A stretch of DNA of 64,000 nt from an uncultured Acidimicrobiia bacterium (GCA_963786955.1 CAWBAT010000006.1:864001-928000), one strand, 5' to 3'; counted from the stretch's first letter, positions 20,868 to 32,548 are shown. Notes: generated from the sequence alone by a model not told the origin. Translations and numbers: made by a program.

Positions 20868-22420
20868 TTCTTGCGGGGATTTTTTGCCCTCGTCGTTCTG
20901 ACCTTAAGGGATCTTAGCAATCCTGTCGTTTTGTCGGCAATATCCACTTCGACAATTCCCCGAGAATCACATCTGTAGATCTCCTCCACCCGATGGGAGG
21001 CTCCCTCGGCCCAACGGTGGACATCCTGCTCGGTAAGGCCGGTTTTCTCAGCAAGCCGGGGATCAAAAGGAAACAGCGTTTCATCCCAATAAATAACAGT
21101 CCCCATGGGTTGGCTGTGCTCACCGAGTTGACCACATTCAATAAATCGGAAATGCCCGATATTATGCACGGGATGATAGGCGCGTGTAACGGTAAGTGGC
21201 TTCTCTCCTGGCAGGGGGAGACGAGTTTCTTTGCTAAAGATGGGATCAAATACCATCTCTTTGCCAAAATTGTTTTCACGCCAAACGCCAAAATGCCGGC
21301 TGAAACGATCCTGCAATTTATAGCCGCTCTGCTGATCGGCAGTAATGGCTAGTCCAATTGCAGTGGCGGCGCTCGGATAGGGGGATCTTCGGACTCTCTT
21401 CCCGAATTTTTCTTTCAAAGAACGCGATAGGAGAGGGAGTTCGCAAGATCCTCCGACCAAATAGACACAGGCGAGGGATGGCATTCCCTCTTCTTCCGCC
21501 AGGCATGAACGCATCACCCTTTCCGCCGATTCAATTGTCTGTTGCACCAGTGGCAGACATTTTTCGTAAAAATTCTGGACTCCAATCATCAACGCACCGC
21601 CCACGACGCTGATCTGCCCAAGATCGATCGTGATCTTACGGGTGTTTGGATTGATGTTCTCTTTCGCTTCCCGACAGAGGTTCAGAAGGCGAGACCGAGA
21701 AATCCAATCCATTGCGGAACCTGCTAATTCCGGGTGAGCCTGAGCGAGCTCCAAAAGAACCTCGTCCAGGTCATCACCTCCGAGACGCGAGATTCCTTCG
21801 CTGGCGATCACTTCGTGGTCCTGCTGGGTCATATGAATCACAGACACATCAAAGGTGCCCCCGCCAAAATCATAGACCACCACGAATTCCCGGCGGCGGG
21901 TCAAATCCGATTGTCGAAACCGGTGGGCATATTCAATGCCTGCGGCGGAGGGTTCATTTTGCAGGCCGAGGACCTCAAAGCCTGCGGTTCGGAAGGCTTC
22001 CAGTGTGAGGAAACGCTGGTTGCTGTTGGCATTGGCCGGCACTCCCACCATGGCCTCGAGCTTCTCTTTGGGAGGAAGTTCAAGATTACTTCTCGTCAAG
22101 AGATCTTCTCGCAAAGCAACCAGAAACCGCTGTAACCACTCAATCAGAGGCAGTTGGGTCGAACCGATGGATACGATCGAATTCGGCTCTCTCTCTCCAA
22201 AAAGGCGCTTCAGCGAGTGGCAAATTTCCCATCTCGCATCGTACTGCACGTTCCAGGCATCCAGCCCAAAAAGGATCCGTCCCTTCTGAACAGCAATGAG
22301 AGAAGGGTACCAATCAAACACCTCCCCTTCCTCAGTATGAAAGCTGATAATCGGGTAATTCCCTTTTACCGCTGCCGCAATTCGAGTTCTCGTCGTGCCG
22401 AGGTCAATTCCTAATCTCAT
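20864..22420 (-). CDS. Hsp70-family (DnaK-like) ATPase with non-canonical C-terminus
   Basis: GIDLGTT, NEPSAA, YDFGGGTFDVS, LGGDDLD, LVGGS motifs; 518 aa. Confidence 0.9.
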   Translation of the reverse strand: MRLGIDLGTTRTRIAAAVKGNYPIISFHTEEGEVFDWYPSLIAVQKGRILFGLDAWNVQYDARWEICHSLKRLFGEREPNSIVSIGSTQLPLIEWLQRFLVALREDLLTRSNLELPPKEKLEAMVGVPANANSNQRFLTLEAFRTAGFEVLGLQNEPSAAGIEYAHRFRQSDLTRRREFVVVYDFGGGTFDVSVIHMTQQDHEVIASEGISRLGGDDLDEVLLELAQAHPELAGSAMDWISRSRLLNLCREAKENINPNTRKITIDLGQISVVGGALMIGVQNFYEKCLPLVQQTIESAERVMRSCLAEEEGMPSLACVYLVGGSCELPLLSRSLKEKFGKRVRRSPYPSAATAIGLAITADQQSGYKLQDRFSRHFGVWRENNFGKEMVFDPIFSKETRLPLPGEKPLTVTRAYHPVHNIGHFRFIECGQLGEHSQPMGTVIYWDETLFPFDPRLAEKTGLTEQDVHRWAEGASHRVEEIYRCDSRGIVEVDIADKTTGLLRSLKVRTTRAKNPRKK

Positions 22421-22583
22421 AGCTCGAAATTAGAAGATCCGGACAGAAATTTCAAGTTCTTTCCCTAAGTGAAGCTTCATTAATTCCCAGTGAGGACTTC
22501 TGTAGGGGCTCCGCTATGCTAAGATGTCACTTTCGGGTTCAATCTACTATTCCTAATTTAGATTGAACGCAGGCCCAACACCT

Positions 22584-24363
22584 ATGATCTCCCTCTATCG
22601 GAATACTCTAACGCTGCTTTGTTCGCTTTGCTTGGGCGGCATTCTCTGGCTCCTGGCAGGAGTTTCCCCTCATGTCTCCGATGATTTTCGGGTGTGGGCA
22701 GAAGACCCGCTGGTCAAGATTCAGCCCGACACTCCTGTGAACTCCAAACACTCCATTGCCATTGCAGCTGCCAGGAATGAAACCGAGCCGTTCCAGATTA
22801 TCATTTCCTCCCCTCATCGGAAGCTGGAAGACGTTACGGTTTCGGTATCGGATTTGGAGAATGAGCCGAGGGAATAAGATCTCTTCTTCAAAGATCAAGC
22901 TTTATCGACAAGAGTATGTTTTTGTTAGAAATCCCAGCCCTTATTCTCCTTATCCTCCGGGCTGGTGGCCTGATGCCCTCGTTCCCTTCGTGAACCCTTA
23001 TGACGGGAAAACGGTTCCGACCATGCAGCTGGTTCGCGAGGGGAATGGCGAATCCAAGAAGTACCGCCTGTCTGGCGCGCGCTTTCCGGGAAGCCCGTTT
23101 GCTGTATGGCCTTCACGCAATCAACCCGTCTGGGGGGATATCCTCGTTCCGAAGGATGCTGTAGCCGGCAACTATTCAGGCAAGTTGACGGTTACATGCT
23201 GGGCCTGCACACCCCAAACCCTCCCGCTACAGTTGACCGTCTGGGACTTCGAGTTACCGGCGGGTCCGTCCCTGGCCACTAACTTTGGCTCCTTAGAAGC
23301 AGTTGCGGCCGCACACCACTCTGCTCAAGGAACTCAAGAAGCCCTGACCCTGCAAGACCGCTACGCAACGGCCATGGAAGAACATCGGCTAACGGCGCCA
23401 ATTCCTTCGGCGTATTTGCCCTCCGTCCGAACGGATGGAAGTATTGACTGGAAACAGACTCACTCGAATTTGAAACGATTCATGGACGCCCATATTACAG
23501 GGGCCTTTCATATTCCCAATTTCCCCGGCTCAATGTCTCAACCCAAATTCAAGAAACGGTTTTCACGCTACCTGCAAAGTTACTATGAGTACTTGAATGC
23601 TCAAGGTTGGAGCAAAGGGGCCTTTTACTACCCGGTGGACGAACCCAACACCCGAGAAGCCTATGAGCAAGTCAGGTTCTATGCCCAACTCATCCACGAA
23701 TCGGAGCCCCGCATCAAGTTGCTCTGCACTGAACAGACTTATCCCCAGGACAGCTCATGGGGAGAATTACAGGGGTCTGTCGATATCTGGTGTCCGCTTT
23801 TTGCATTTTATGACAAATCCAGTGCCACAAAAGTCTTGAAACAGGGGAACCAACTTTGGACCTACACCGCACTCTGCCAGAAAGCTCCCACCTACCATCC
23901 TGAATTTCAGAAGGTGGGCGGCTTATCGACCTTCTTCTGGCAAATCGATTTCCCTTCTCTCAATTTCCGGCTGCCTTTTTGGGTGATTTGGGAAGACCAG
24001 ATTCAGGGCATGCTCTATTGGTCTACGGTTCATTGGAGCGATCCAGTACGCGATGTATGGACAGATCCGGCGTTCCGAAATCGCTATAACGGCGAGGGAT
24101 ACTTCTTTTATCCGGGGACAGAAGCGGGAATCGCGGGCCCCGTTGCGTCCATCCGTCTGAAAGTGCTCCGGGAAGGTATGGAAGATTTGGCGTATTTAAA
24201 ACTCCTGGCCCAACTCGGCGAGCAAGAGTTCGTCACGACCCAAGCGGCAAAGATTGCGGGCTCCTGGTGGAAATGGAATGACGATCCACAGCAGGTCTAT
24301 CTAATCCGGGCAGCCCTGGCTCAGAAGATTATGGAAAAACAAGGCAAATCGAAAGCAAAGTGA
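22584..24363 (+). CDS. Secreted DUF4091/GH123-like glycoside hydrolase domain protein; one frameshift ~22870
   Basis: Signal peptide, AARNETEPFQI, WWPDALVP, LTVWDFELP, DEP, NGEGYFFYPG...PVASIRLKVLREGMED. Confidence 0.8.
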
Positions 24364-24442
24364 CGGGAAAATGCTCCCAGCTGCGGGAGACCTGAAGGGT
24401 CCGTCTTTTAATTGGATGGGGGCGCAAGCTCTCCCAGAATTC

Positions 24443-26017
24443 TTATTTCTGAGGTTTGGGGTCGAGGTTTTGTTTGAGTTCATCGTCGCTAACTTTCGAA
24501 GACACCCCGTCGGCTGGCACTTCTTTTCTTGCGGTCCAGAATAAAGCGTTCAAAATAATTTTGCGGTAATTGTCGTTGCCCCAATTGGCATGCGCGTGGC
24601 CTCCCGTAAAACCGACACCACGTCCGCCATCGGCCCTTTCAGTAGCCCACATCACGATTTCGTCACGACCGTTGGCAGCCACAATGTGCGCATAAGGACC
24701 GCGAGGGGCTGCCGTTGCCCCTTGACGCGTTTCGTCAGAAGGCTTCGCCACGAGAATGGGGACCACCCCCTTCATCTCAGGACGGAATCGCATATTGAAA
24801 TACCATTCATCCTTAGCCTCAAATGGCTTGACGCCGCGAGTAATGGGATGAGTTGGAAGATTGGTAAAATTGGCTAGCCAATGAGGGTTCGTTGAAAACC
24901 CGTGCTCGTAGTATCCGCCGATCCAGTTGAGCAGTTCAGCGCCCGCCTTGTCCTTCGGGACTTCCACCGCATAATGAGCACAAATCAACCCCACTCCTTG
25001 CCGCATGAGATCGCCCATGACTCGGAGGTGGTCCTCTTTAAGTAACGGGTGATTGGCACCTCCATCCATATAGAGCATGATGCTGTCGGCTTCGTCAAAT
25101 GCAGTAGGATCCAGCGGCCAGCCGTTGAGATAGGCTCCGATCTGAATGCCTGGCAGAACTGCGAGACAGTTCTTCAGGATCAAAACTCCGGCATTAAATT
25201 CATGGTCGCCGGGAGCGTGACTCGGCGTCCCTGCCACCAACACAATTCTCTTCACACCTTCCGGCTTGATCCGTTTCATCTGAATATCCTTGAACTGAAC
25301 CAGCATCGGTGGCCCGGCATGTAATTGCAAAGCCAGAATTCCCGAAGCCACTCGTTTCTCCACCTGATCATCGGTCACATCTACTGTCACGTGGCCATTG
25401 ATCTTATGGATCAAGTGATTCCCGATCGCGATCACGACATAATCATTCCACCCTTCATTCTTGATGGCTGCCTGTAATTGGTCGGAATCACCGACTGAGC
25501 CTGTGACCTGAACTTTTCCAGAAGTATCCACGGTGGTTTTTTCGCCGCGTTTGGCTAGAATCCCTCTTCCCTTCTCATCATAGAGAATCCCGGAATAGAC
25601 TTTTCCCGCTTCAAAGTCCGCCTGATAGCCGCCGACGACCCAATTGCCCAGATCTCTACTTCGATACTGGATGCCCGAGTTTCCCCCTACGATCCGGTAA
25701 GACAGATGAAGTTCAAAATCTTCAACCGTGCCGAGCCGCCAGATTAAAAAAGTATTTCCTTGGGTTGGGTTTTCAGCGGTTGTCTGCCCGGCAATCGTTC
25801 CATCACGGACCGACCAGAACTTTGGATTCCCGTCCCAGCCTAAAAGATCTTTCCCGTTGAAAAGACTGCGGTAGCCTGCTCCATCGGAAGCGGCCCGCAA
25901 CCCGACTGGGGACATGAACAACACGCACAACAGGATAGCGATCATCTCTAATTGCATTTTGACCTTCATAATCTTTAGGATCCTCATGTCAATGGACTGA
26001 CAAAATTTTAAAATCAC
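24443..26017 (-). CDS. DUF1080 (3-keto-disaccharide hydrolase) plus ThuA-like domain fusion
   Basis: SLFNGKDLLGWDG, GNSGIQYRS, GYQAD, LALQLH...VQFKDI; second domain SHAPGDHE...HPITRGVKPF..DEWY...GFTGGH; start uncertain. Confidence 0.88.
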   Translation of the reverse strand: MILKFCQSIDMRILKIMKVKMQLEMIAILLCVLFMSPVGLRAASDGAGYRSLFNGKDLLGWDGNPKFWSVRDGTIAGQTTAENPTQGNTFLIWRLGTVEDFELHLSYRIVGGNSGIQYRSRDLGNWVVGGYQADFEAGKVYSGILYDEKGRGILAKRGEKTTVDTSGKVQVTGSVGDSDQLQAAIKNEGWNDYVVIAIGNHLIHKINGHVTVDVTDDQVEKRVASGILALQLHAGPPMLVQFKDIQMKRIKPEGVKRIVLVAGTPSHAPGDHEFNAGVLILKNCLAVLPGIQIGAYLNGWPLDPTAFDEADSIMLYMDGGANHPLLKEDHLRVMGDLMRQGVGLICAHYAVEVPKDKAGAELLNWIGGYYEHGFSTNPHWLANFTNLPTHPITRGVKPFEAKDEWYFNMRFRPEMKGVVPILVAKPSDETRQGATAAPRGPYAHIVAANGRDEIVMWATERADGGRGVGFTGGHAHANWGNDNYRKIILNALFWTARKEVPADGVSSKVSDDELKQNLDPKPQK

Positions 26018-26862
26018 GACGGCAAGGTTCTTCTCAAGAATTTAAGCCCTTGGATGGCAATGTCATTCTTATGGGGTTCCATTTCTCGCCAGATGGCTGC
26101 TGCCTTAGCGATCACGAGCACATCCGGCGTAAAGGATTCGATCGAGACATCCCGCTTGTATCCAATTCGTTTCAGGGCAGCGGCGATCCCCTTCCAATCA
26201 ATGTGGTCGCTCCCTGGAGTGCCTCGATCACTGCCACAAGCATGGAGATGTCCGAGCATTTTCCCGGCTCGACGAATGGCCGCAGCTTGGTTTTTTTCTT
26301 CGATGTTCATGTGGAACGTGTCCAAGTGAATCGTCAGCGCCGGACTTCCCACATCTTGAACCATTTGGATCGCCTGATCGCAGGTATTGATGAAGTCCGT
26401 TTCAAACCGGTTTAGAGGTTCGAGAGCGATGATCTTTTTTTTCTTTTCCGCGTACCGGCATAACGTCTTGAGATGTTTGACCACCTGTTTCCACTGGGCT
26501 TTTCTTTCCTTGTCGGGCACGTACTCGGCTCTGCCCACCGCTGAATAAATTGGCCCAACTAAAACAGAGGAGTCCAGCACGCTCATAATATCGATCAATT
26601 TGTGAACATAATCGAGACAAGCGCCCTGCTCCTCTTTAGTTCCGCGGAGGTCGCGGCCTGGTCCAAACGCCCCGCAAAGCGTGCTGCCGAGCAGCCCGTG
26701 ACGGTTCAACTCTGCCTTCACGTAGGCGGGGTCGATGTGGGACTCATGCTCCACAGCTATTTCTACCGAATCGAAACCCCACTTCTTAAAAGATTTAAAT
26801 AGATTGGTACTTTCGTTCGTGAACGGCGACGTAAATAAAAACGTGTTGATGCCAAATTTCAT
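26014..26862 (-). CDS. Sugar phosphate isomerase/epimerase (D-psicose/D-tagatose 3-epimerase-like TIM barrel)
   Basis: EPLNRFET, HLDTFHMNIEE, HACGSDRGTPG, IESF motifs. Confidence 0.9.
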   Translation of the reverse strand: MKFGINTFLFTSPFTNESTNLFKSFKKWGFDSVEIAVEHESHIDPAYVKAELNRHGLLGSTLCGAFGPGRDLRGTKEEQGACLDYVHKLIDIMSVLDSSVLVGPIYSAVGRAEYVPDKERKAQWKQVVKHLKTLCRYAEKKKKIIALEPLNRFETDFINTCDQAIQMVQDVGSPALTIHLDTFHMNIEEKNQAAAIRRAGKMLGHLHACGSDRGTPGSDHIDWKGIAAALKRIGYKRDVSIESFTPDVLVIAKAAAIWREMEPHKNDIAIQGLKFLRRTLPS

Positions 26863-27018
26863 GCCCTTCCCCCTCATTCAATGAAAACGGAGATTGAAAA
26901 ACGGTCCCTCAAACGGACACTCATTAAAACACCAAGCAAAATAGAGCGCAAAGATTTTTTTGAGACGGCAGCGCATCAGGTGAAACTATACTCAAGTCCA
27001 TTGGGTAGTAGACTCTGT

Positions 27019-27509
27019 ATGTTGTCCCGGCTTCAGCCGGGGATTGGACATTGGACATTTCCGCTGCCCTGAAAGGGCAAGAGAAAATAGCCCAGGGCAG
27101 AGTGAAGGGCAAAGCCCGGAGCGGCGCACTGGGTCACGGGCCACCCACGAAAGGGCACCCTGAAGTGCAACACAACTCTCGTCCAGATTGTCGCGCCCCT
27201 TCAGGGCGCCGATGATTCATTGGGATCCTAACCCAGGGCGGCGCTGCGGGGCCTTGCCCCTGCGCTCTGCCCTGGGCTAGATTGTGGCGGCCCTTCAGGC
27301 CGCTGGATTTCTGAAGGACTGCGAATGGACCGCTTCATTGAACTATTTTCAAATGACGAAACGAGACGATCGTGTCACCCACATAAGCTTGGAAGCCTGT
27401 GCCGTTAATGAATCCGGGGTGCCAACTAATGTCCAATCTCCAGGTCCTGGCTTCAGCCGGGTCATGTTCAGGGCTTTAAGAATAAAGCCGCCTGAAGGCG
27501 GTACTACGA
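27019..27509. repeat. Nested palindromic repeat cluster
   Basis: Outer CCCGGCTTCAGCCGG ... CCGCCTGAAGGCGGTACTAC, IR ATTGGACATT/AATGTCCAAT, inner GCCCTGAAAGGGC...CCCAGGGC...GCCCTTCAGG element (27062-27304). Confidence 0.7.
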
Positions 27510-27513
27510 GCCT

Positions 27514-28275
27514 CTAGTATTTCCTGAAAAAGTAGATGGTGAGAAGACTTCCAGTTAAGGTAACAAAGCGGCGCACCCAGATGGGATTGATCTTTTGCGC
27601 GTAATAAGCTCCCCCATATCCTCCCAAAATAGCGCCGCTGATCATGAATAAGGCTTTGGACCAGATCACGGCGCCAGCCGCTATAAAAACAATCACCGCC
27701 ATTCCATTAATGCAAGTTGCCAGCACGGTCTTCAGGGCGTTCATCGCATGGATGTTTTCCATGCCCATCATAGCGAGCAGAGCGAGCATCAAGATACCAA
27801 TCCCTCCCCCGAAGTACCCTCCATAAATGGCAATCAGCAGTTGCAGAAAAAGGATCCCGATCTTGGCTTGCGATGAAAGATTGTGGGTTATTTGAAATCG
27901 GGAAGTGATCCGGGCTGCGACCGTTCCCCCAAAGGTGAAGAGGAGAGTGGCTACGAGAAGAAGATAAGGAATCAACTTTTGAAAAGTAGATTGCTCCGTA
28001 CGCAAGAGTAGCATCGCACCCAAGACACCACCCAACAGGCTGACGCCGCCGTAAACGAGCAGGCGATGCTTCTCTGTGGCAAGTTCTTTCCGATAAGCCC
28101 CAACGCTGGCCAGAGAACCCGGCCATAACACGACGGTATTCGTTGCATTGGCATTGACCGGTGGCATTCCTATCAAAACCAGCGCAGGGAAGGTAAAGAA
28201 GCTGCCGCCGCCGGCAACAGAATTCAGCGCCCCAGCAAGTACGGCAGCCAGGAAAAGAAGGATGTTTTCTATCAT
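27514..28275 (-). CDS. Sulfite exporter TauE/SafE family membrane protein
   Basis: NSVAGGGSFFTFPAL, ANATN, YGGYFGGGIG motifs; multi-TM. Confidence 0.92.
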   Translation of the reverse strand: MIENILLFLAAVLAGALNSVAGGGSFFTFPALVLIGMPPVNANATNTVVLWPGSLASVGAYRKELATEKHRLLVYGGVSLLGGVLGAMLLLRTEQSTFQKLIPYLLLVATLLFTFGGTVAARITSRFQITHNLSSQAKIGILFLQLLIAIYGGYFGGGIGILMLALLAMMGMENIHAMNALKTVLATCINGMAVIVFIAAGAVIWSKALFMISGAILGGYGGAYYAQKINPIWVRRFVTLTGSLLTIYFFRKY

Positions 28276-28294
28276 CTGTTGCCGATCGTCAATC

Positions 28295-30265
28295 CTATAG
28301 CCTTTTGAATGCCTTTAAGATCTCTTTCTTCTCATAACGCAAAATAATGGGGCGACCATGCGGGCAGCTCATTGGAATCTGAGTCTTTTGCAATTCCTCG
28401 ATCAACCAGACCATCTTAGTTTGATCAAGATGCATATTGATTTTTATGGCGGCGTGGCAAGCGATCGAAGCCGCAATTTTTTCTCGGAGTTGCTTCAGAC
28501 TGACGGACTGGGTTTCTTTCTCCAAGGATTCGAGTAGTTCCGCAAGCAGACGCTCCACATCACTGTGTTTTAGGTCCGCGGGAGCTGATTTGATGGCAAT
28601 GGTTTTCCGTCCAAAGGGTTCTACCTCAAATCCACAAGCTTCCAACTCCGGCGTGATATCTTCCAGAATAACTTGCTGGCGGGGTGACAATTCGACGATG
28701 ATCGGAAGTAAGAGACGCTGGCTGTCCACCTTGCCCTGGTTTCTCTGGCTCAGGACTTTTTCAAAAAGAATGCGTTCATGTGCGACATGCTGATCAATGA
28801 TTAAGAGCGCGCCTTGATCCGAGGCGATGATGAAACTATTGTCGATTTGCCCCAACGGGATAATCCCCGACATGGGCTGAGGCCCGATGCTTGCGGGCAT
28901 CTGAGAAGCTCGAATAGGCGACGCAACAGAACACCCCTCAAATGAAACAAAGTCCGACGAAGGTACCGGAATCTCACCGGCTGGTTTGAAAGGAAGAGGT
29001 GACGTTGTCGGCGTCGGCGACAAAGGCGTCAGCGCGAATGGCTCTCGTGTCATCACGGTCTGCGCGACACTCGCGGATTCACTAAAGGGAGGATGTGAAG
29101 AAGCCGGCCATTCATCGGCCTGCGTCGGGGAAAGCGGTAAAGCTTCAATAGGAGGCCCATCAAAAGGGTTGTCCATACTCGCTCGATCCACAAATTGCTT
29201 GGATGCCGGGAAAGTGGCCTGCGGGCGAGCTTCGACGAGTGCCTTCCGGACGGCATCTCTTAAGAAATCATGAACCAATGTCTGACGCCGAAACCGAACT
29301 TCAATTTTGGAGGGATGAACGTTGACATCCACCTCCCCATAAGGCATTTCGATGAAAAGAAGGACTACCGGATAAATGCCGGAAGGCAGGATATTGCGAT
29401 AGGCCTCTGCGATTGCGTGCAGGATGATACGGTCTCTGACCATCCGCCGATTGACAAAGAAGTAAAGTGAATTTCGGTTGAGTTTCTGAACTTCAGGTTT
29501 CGAGACAAACCCGTGGACGCGAATCCATTCTCTCCGCTCCCTGGGTTCCTCTGATCCCTCTTCCTCCTGGTAAAAAATCGGCAGCTCGGCACGGACTTCA
29601 ACCAGCTGATTTAACAAGTCTCCTCCGAAGACCTGGAAGACCCGTTCTCGGAATAGCCCTACCGGCTGTAAATTGAAGATCTCATGCTCCCCGCTTCGCA
29701 ACATGAAACGGCCTTCAGGATGAGCCAGGGCATATTGAGTGACGAAATTAACAATATGTCCCAGTTCGGTACTTTCGGACTTCAGGAATTTCTTGCGCGC
29801 TGGAATATTAAAGAATAAATCACGAATGGTAATGGTTGTCCCTCGCGTTCGGGCGATTTTCCTGACTGCCGAGAGTTTGGCGCCATTAATTTCAACCGTC
29901 GTCCCCGTCTCTTCGGTCTCATGGCGGGTCTCGAGCAGGAGGCGGGAAACGCTGGCGATACTGGGTAGGGCCTCGCCCCGAAATCCTAAAGTAGCAATTT
30001 CACTGAGGTCGTCGGCTCGCTGCAGTTTACTGGTGGCATGCCTTTCGAAGGCCAGGAGGGCATCATCAGCAGTCATTCCTTCGCCATCGTCCATCACTCG
30101 GATGAGGCGGCGCCCGCCAGATTCTATTTCAATTTCGAGGGTCGCGGCACCCGCGTCTAGAGAATTCTCCAATAACTCTTTGACAACGGAAGCGGGCCTC
30201 TCGACAACTTCTCCTGCCGCAATCTTGTTGGCCAGCGCCTCGGGAAGAACACGGATTTTAGACAT
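28295..30265 (-). CDS. mutL: DNA mismatch repair endonuclease MutL
   Basis: IAAGEVVERPASVVKELLENSLDAGA, GFRGEALPSI, DVNVHPSK, DQHVAHERILFE, ACHAAIK, CPHGRP. Confidence 0.98.
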   Translation of the reverse strand: MSKIRVLPEALANKIAAGEVVERPASVVKELLENSLDAGAATLEIEIESGGRRLIRVMDDGEGMTADDALLAFERHATSKLQRADDLSEIATLGFRGEALPSIASVSRLLLETRHETEETGTTVEINGAKLSAVRKIARTRGTTITIRDLFFNIPARKKFLKSESTELGHIVNFVTQYALAHPEGRFMLRSGEHEIFNLQPVGLFRERVFQVFGGDLLNQLVEVRAELPIFYQEEEGSEEPRERREWIRVHGFVSKPEVQKLNRNSLYFFVNRRMVRDRIILHAIAEAYRNILPSGIYPVVLLFIEMPYGEVDVNVHPSKIEVRFRRQTLVHDFLRDAVRKALVEARPQATFPASKQFVDRASMDNPFDGPPIEALPLSPTQADEWPASSHPPFSESASVAQTVMTREPFALTPLSPTPTTSPLPFKPAGEIPVPSSDFVSFEGCSVASPIRASQMPASIGPQPMSGIIPLGQIDNSFIIASDQGALLIIDQHVAHERILFEKVLSQRNQGKVDSQRLLLPIIVELSPRQQVILEDITPELEACGFEVEPFGRKTIAIKSAPADLKHSDVERLLAELLESLEKETQSVSLKQLREKIAASIACHAAIKINMHLDQTKMVWLIEELQKTQIPMSCPHGRPIILRYEKKEILKAFKRL

Positions 30266-30409
30266 GGCTCCATAATGCGTCAAAACAAGACGCAATCTCT
30301 CAACCTAACCACCAATGTTTGCCGGCATGGCATAACTCACCGTCTTTTTGAGGCTCCTGATTTCTTTTGTTTTTCATCGCCGATGCCTGCGTTCCATAGA
30401 ACACCCCCG

Positions 30410-30678
30410 TAAACAGGTCGCTCCTGACGGAGCTGCAATTCTTGAGAACATTCAGTTCTAGAGACAGGTCGCCGCAACGCGGCTTTACCGGGTTGTCATG
30501 CGGACCAAACTTCCTGTCCGTGGCCTTTCTCCTCATCGGCTTCAAAAAGCCGAGGAGTCAAAAATCAACTTTGCGTTACCGTCTCCCACCTTGAAACTTC
30601 ACGTTGGCTCCGTCAGGAGCCTCCTGTTTGTAGTTTCCAGCCACAATCGAATCTCAAGCTCCAGAGGAGCGGCCTGTC
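30410..30678. repeat. GCTCCGTCAGGAGC-type palindromic repeat cluster
   Basis: AAACAGGTCGCTCCTGACGGAGC and inverted GCTCCGTCAGGAGCCTCCTGTTT, plus GCTCCAGAGGAGCGGCCTGT. Confidence 0.65.
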
Positions 30679-30751
30679 CACGTTGGTATGGCTCTTCGCG
30701 GGTTTCTTAGGGGAAAAAATTCGATGAAGAATGGCGAAATCCACTTTTCTA

Positions 30752-32548
30752 TCACCCTTGTCGGCCCGGCTTACCCAGGATTTGCAGTCCCAGTTCTTCC
30801 AGCTGCTTTGAATCCACCGGGGTTGGGCATTCAGCCATCATGTCGACAGCGCGCGCGGTCTTGGGAAATGCAATCACATCACGAATGGAGTTTTCTTTAG
30901 CCAGCAGCATGACAATCCTGTCCAGCCCCAGAGCAATCCCGCCATGAGGAGGTGTGCCATACTCTAGAGCCTCCAGAAAAAACCCAAACCGCAGCTTGGC
31001 TTCTTCATCGCTTAAGCCCAGAGCTTTAAAAACCGTCGCTTGAATGTCTGTCCGATGGATTCGGATTGATCCTCCGCCAATCTCCATTCCGTTCAAAATC
31101 AAATCGTAGGCTTTGGCTCGAACCACGGCCGGTTGATCGAAAATTCTATCCATGTCCTGATCAACCGGAGACGTGAACGGGTGATGACAAGCGACATAGC
31201 GCTTCTGGGTCTCGTCGTATTCGAACATGGGAAAATCGGTTACCCAGAGGAAGGCCTGCCGATCTAGGTCAATGAGTTTTTCTTGTTTCCCGAGCTGTAA
31301 CCTCACCGCTCCTAGGGATTCAGCAACCGTCTTGGGGGGGCCGGCGATTATCAGTAAGAGGTCTCCTGGTTTGGCTTTGGCATGGGAGACTAATTCTCGT
31401 CCTTTCTGCTCCCCTAGATGCTTCAACAAGGGGGATTGCAATTCACCGTCGAGAACTTTCAGATAAGCCAGTGTGCCCGCTCCAAAGACTCGAGCGACGG
31501 CGGTCAGATCATCGATTTGTTTTCGCGAGTACCCGGCGCAACCAGGAACGCAAATCCCTTTTACTTGACCGTTTTCCGCCAAGGCGTTCTTGAACGGGAT
31601 GAAGTCCGTTCCGGAAAGCAGTGCGCTGAAATCAACGAATTCAAGACCGAAGCGCATGTCAGGCTTGTCGGAACCAAAACGATCCATTGCCTCCTGATAA
31701 GGCAGTCGCCGGAAGGGAGTTTCAATCTTTTGGCCGGCAACTGCGAAAATCTCAGCGATCAACGGCTCCACTAATTGGAATATCTTTTCCGGTTGAACAA
31801 AAGACATCTCAATATCCACTTGCGTGAATTCGGGCTGACGATCAGCCCGCAGATCTTCATCCCGGAAGCAGCGGACGATCTGAAAGTACTTCTCGACGCC
31901 CGCAATCATGAGCAACTGTTTGAAGAGTTGAGGGGACTGAGGCAGGGCATAAAAGGATCCCGTATACAGTCTTGAAGGGACAAGATAATCCCGGGCCCCC
32001 TCTGGAGTTGACTTCGTGAGAAAGGGGGTCTCGATCTCATAAAACCCCTGGGAATCCATGAAACGGCGGATCGCCATCGTAATGTGATGCCTCAGTTTGA
32101 AGTTGCGAGCCATCGGAGTTCGTCGCAAGTCGAGGTAACGATACTTGAGGCGCAGGTCTTCGGAAGTGGCAATATCGTCTTCGATGGGAAACGGCGGGGT
32201 TTTTGCCTCATTCAAGATGAATAGTTCAGAAACCAGGACTTCGATCTCGCCCGTCACGATTGCCGGGTTGAGAGTACCGGGATCCCGCTGAATCACTTTC
32301 CCTCTAACGGCAATAACGAATTCCGAGCGAAGACTTTTGGCTTTCTGATGGGCTATTCCCGAATGGTCTGGGTTAAACAAGAGTTGCGTAATCCCTTCCC
32401 GATCCCTCAAGTCAATGAAGATCAAGTGACCCAGATCCCGGCGGCCCGACACCCAGCCCATCAAGACCACTTCACGGCCTGCTTCTAAGATTTTTAGAGA
32501 TCCACAGGAATGGGTTCTCTCCAGACTACCAAGTAAATCTAAATCCAA
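30752..32548 (-). CDS. aspS: Aspartate--tRNA ligase
   Basis: [63 protein letters not shown]. Confidence 0.98.
   Translation of the reverse strand: MDLDLLGSLERTHSCGSLKILEAGREVVLMGWVSGRRDLGHLIFIDLRDREGITQLLFNPDHSGIAHQKAKSLRSEFVIAVRGKVIQRDPGTLNPAIVTGEIEVLVSELFILNEAKTPPFPIEDDIATSEDLRLKYRYLDLRRTPMARNFKLRHHITMAIRRFMDSQGFYEIETPFLTKSTPEGARDYLVPSRLYTGSFYALPQSPQLFKQLLMIAGVEKYFQIVRCFRDEDLRADRQPEFTQVDIEMSFVQPEKIFQLVEPLIAEIFAVAGQKIETPFRRLPYQEAMDRFGSDKPDMRFGLEFVDFSALLSGTDFIPFKNALAENGQVKGICVPGCAGYSRKQIDDLTAVARVFGAGTLAYLKVLDGELQSPLLKHLGEQKGRELVSHAKAKPGDLLLIIAGPPKTVAESLGAVRLQLGKQEKLIDLDRQAFLWVTDFPMFEYDETQKRYVACHHPFTSPVDQDMDRIFDQPAVVRAKAYDLILNGMEIGGGSIRIHRTDIQATVFKALGLSDEEAKLRFGFFLEALEYGTPPHGGIALGLDRIVMLLAKENSIRDVIAFPKTARAVDMMAECPTPVDSKQLEELGLQILGKPGRQG

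Noticed and set aside
30300-30750. Possible 6S or other ncRNA between aspS and mutL
   Set aside because: The structure is explained by GCTCC/GGAGC palindromic repeats; no recognisable ncRNA consensus
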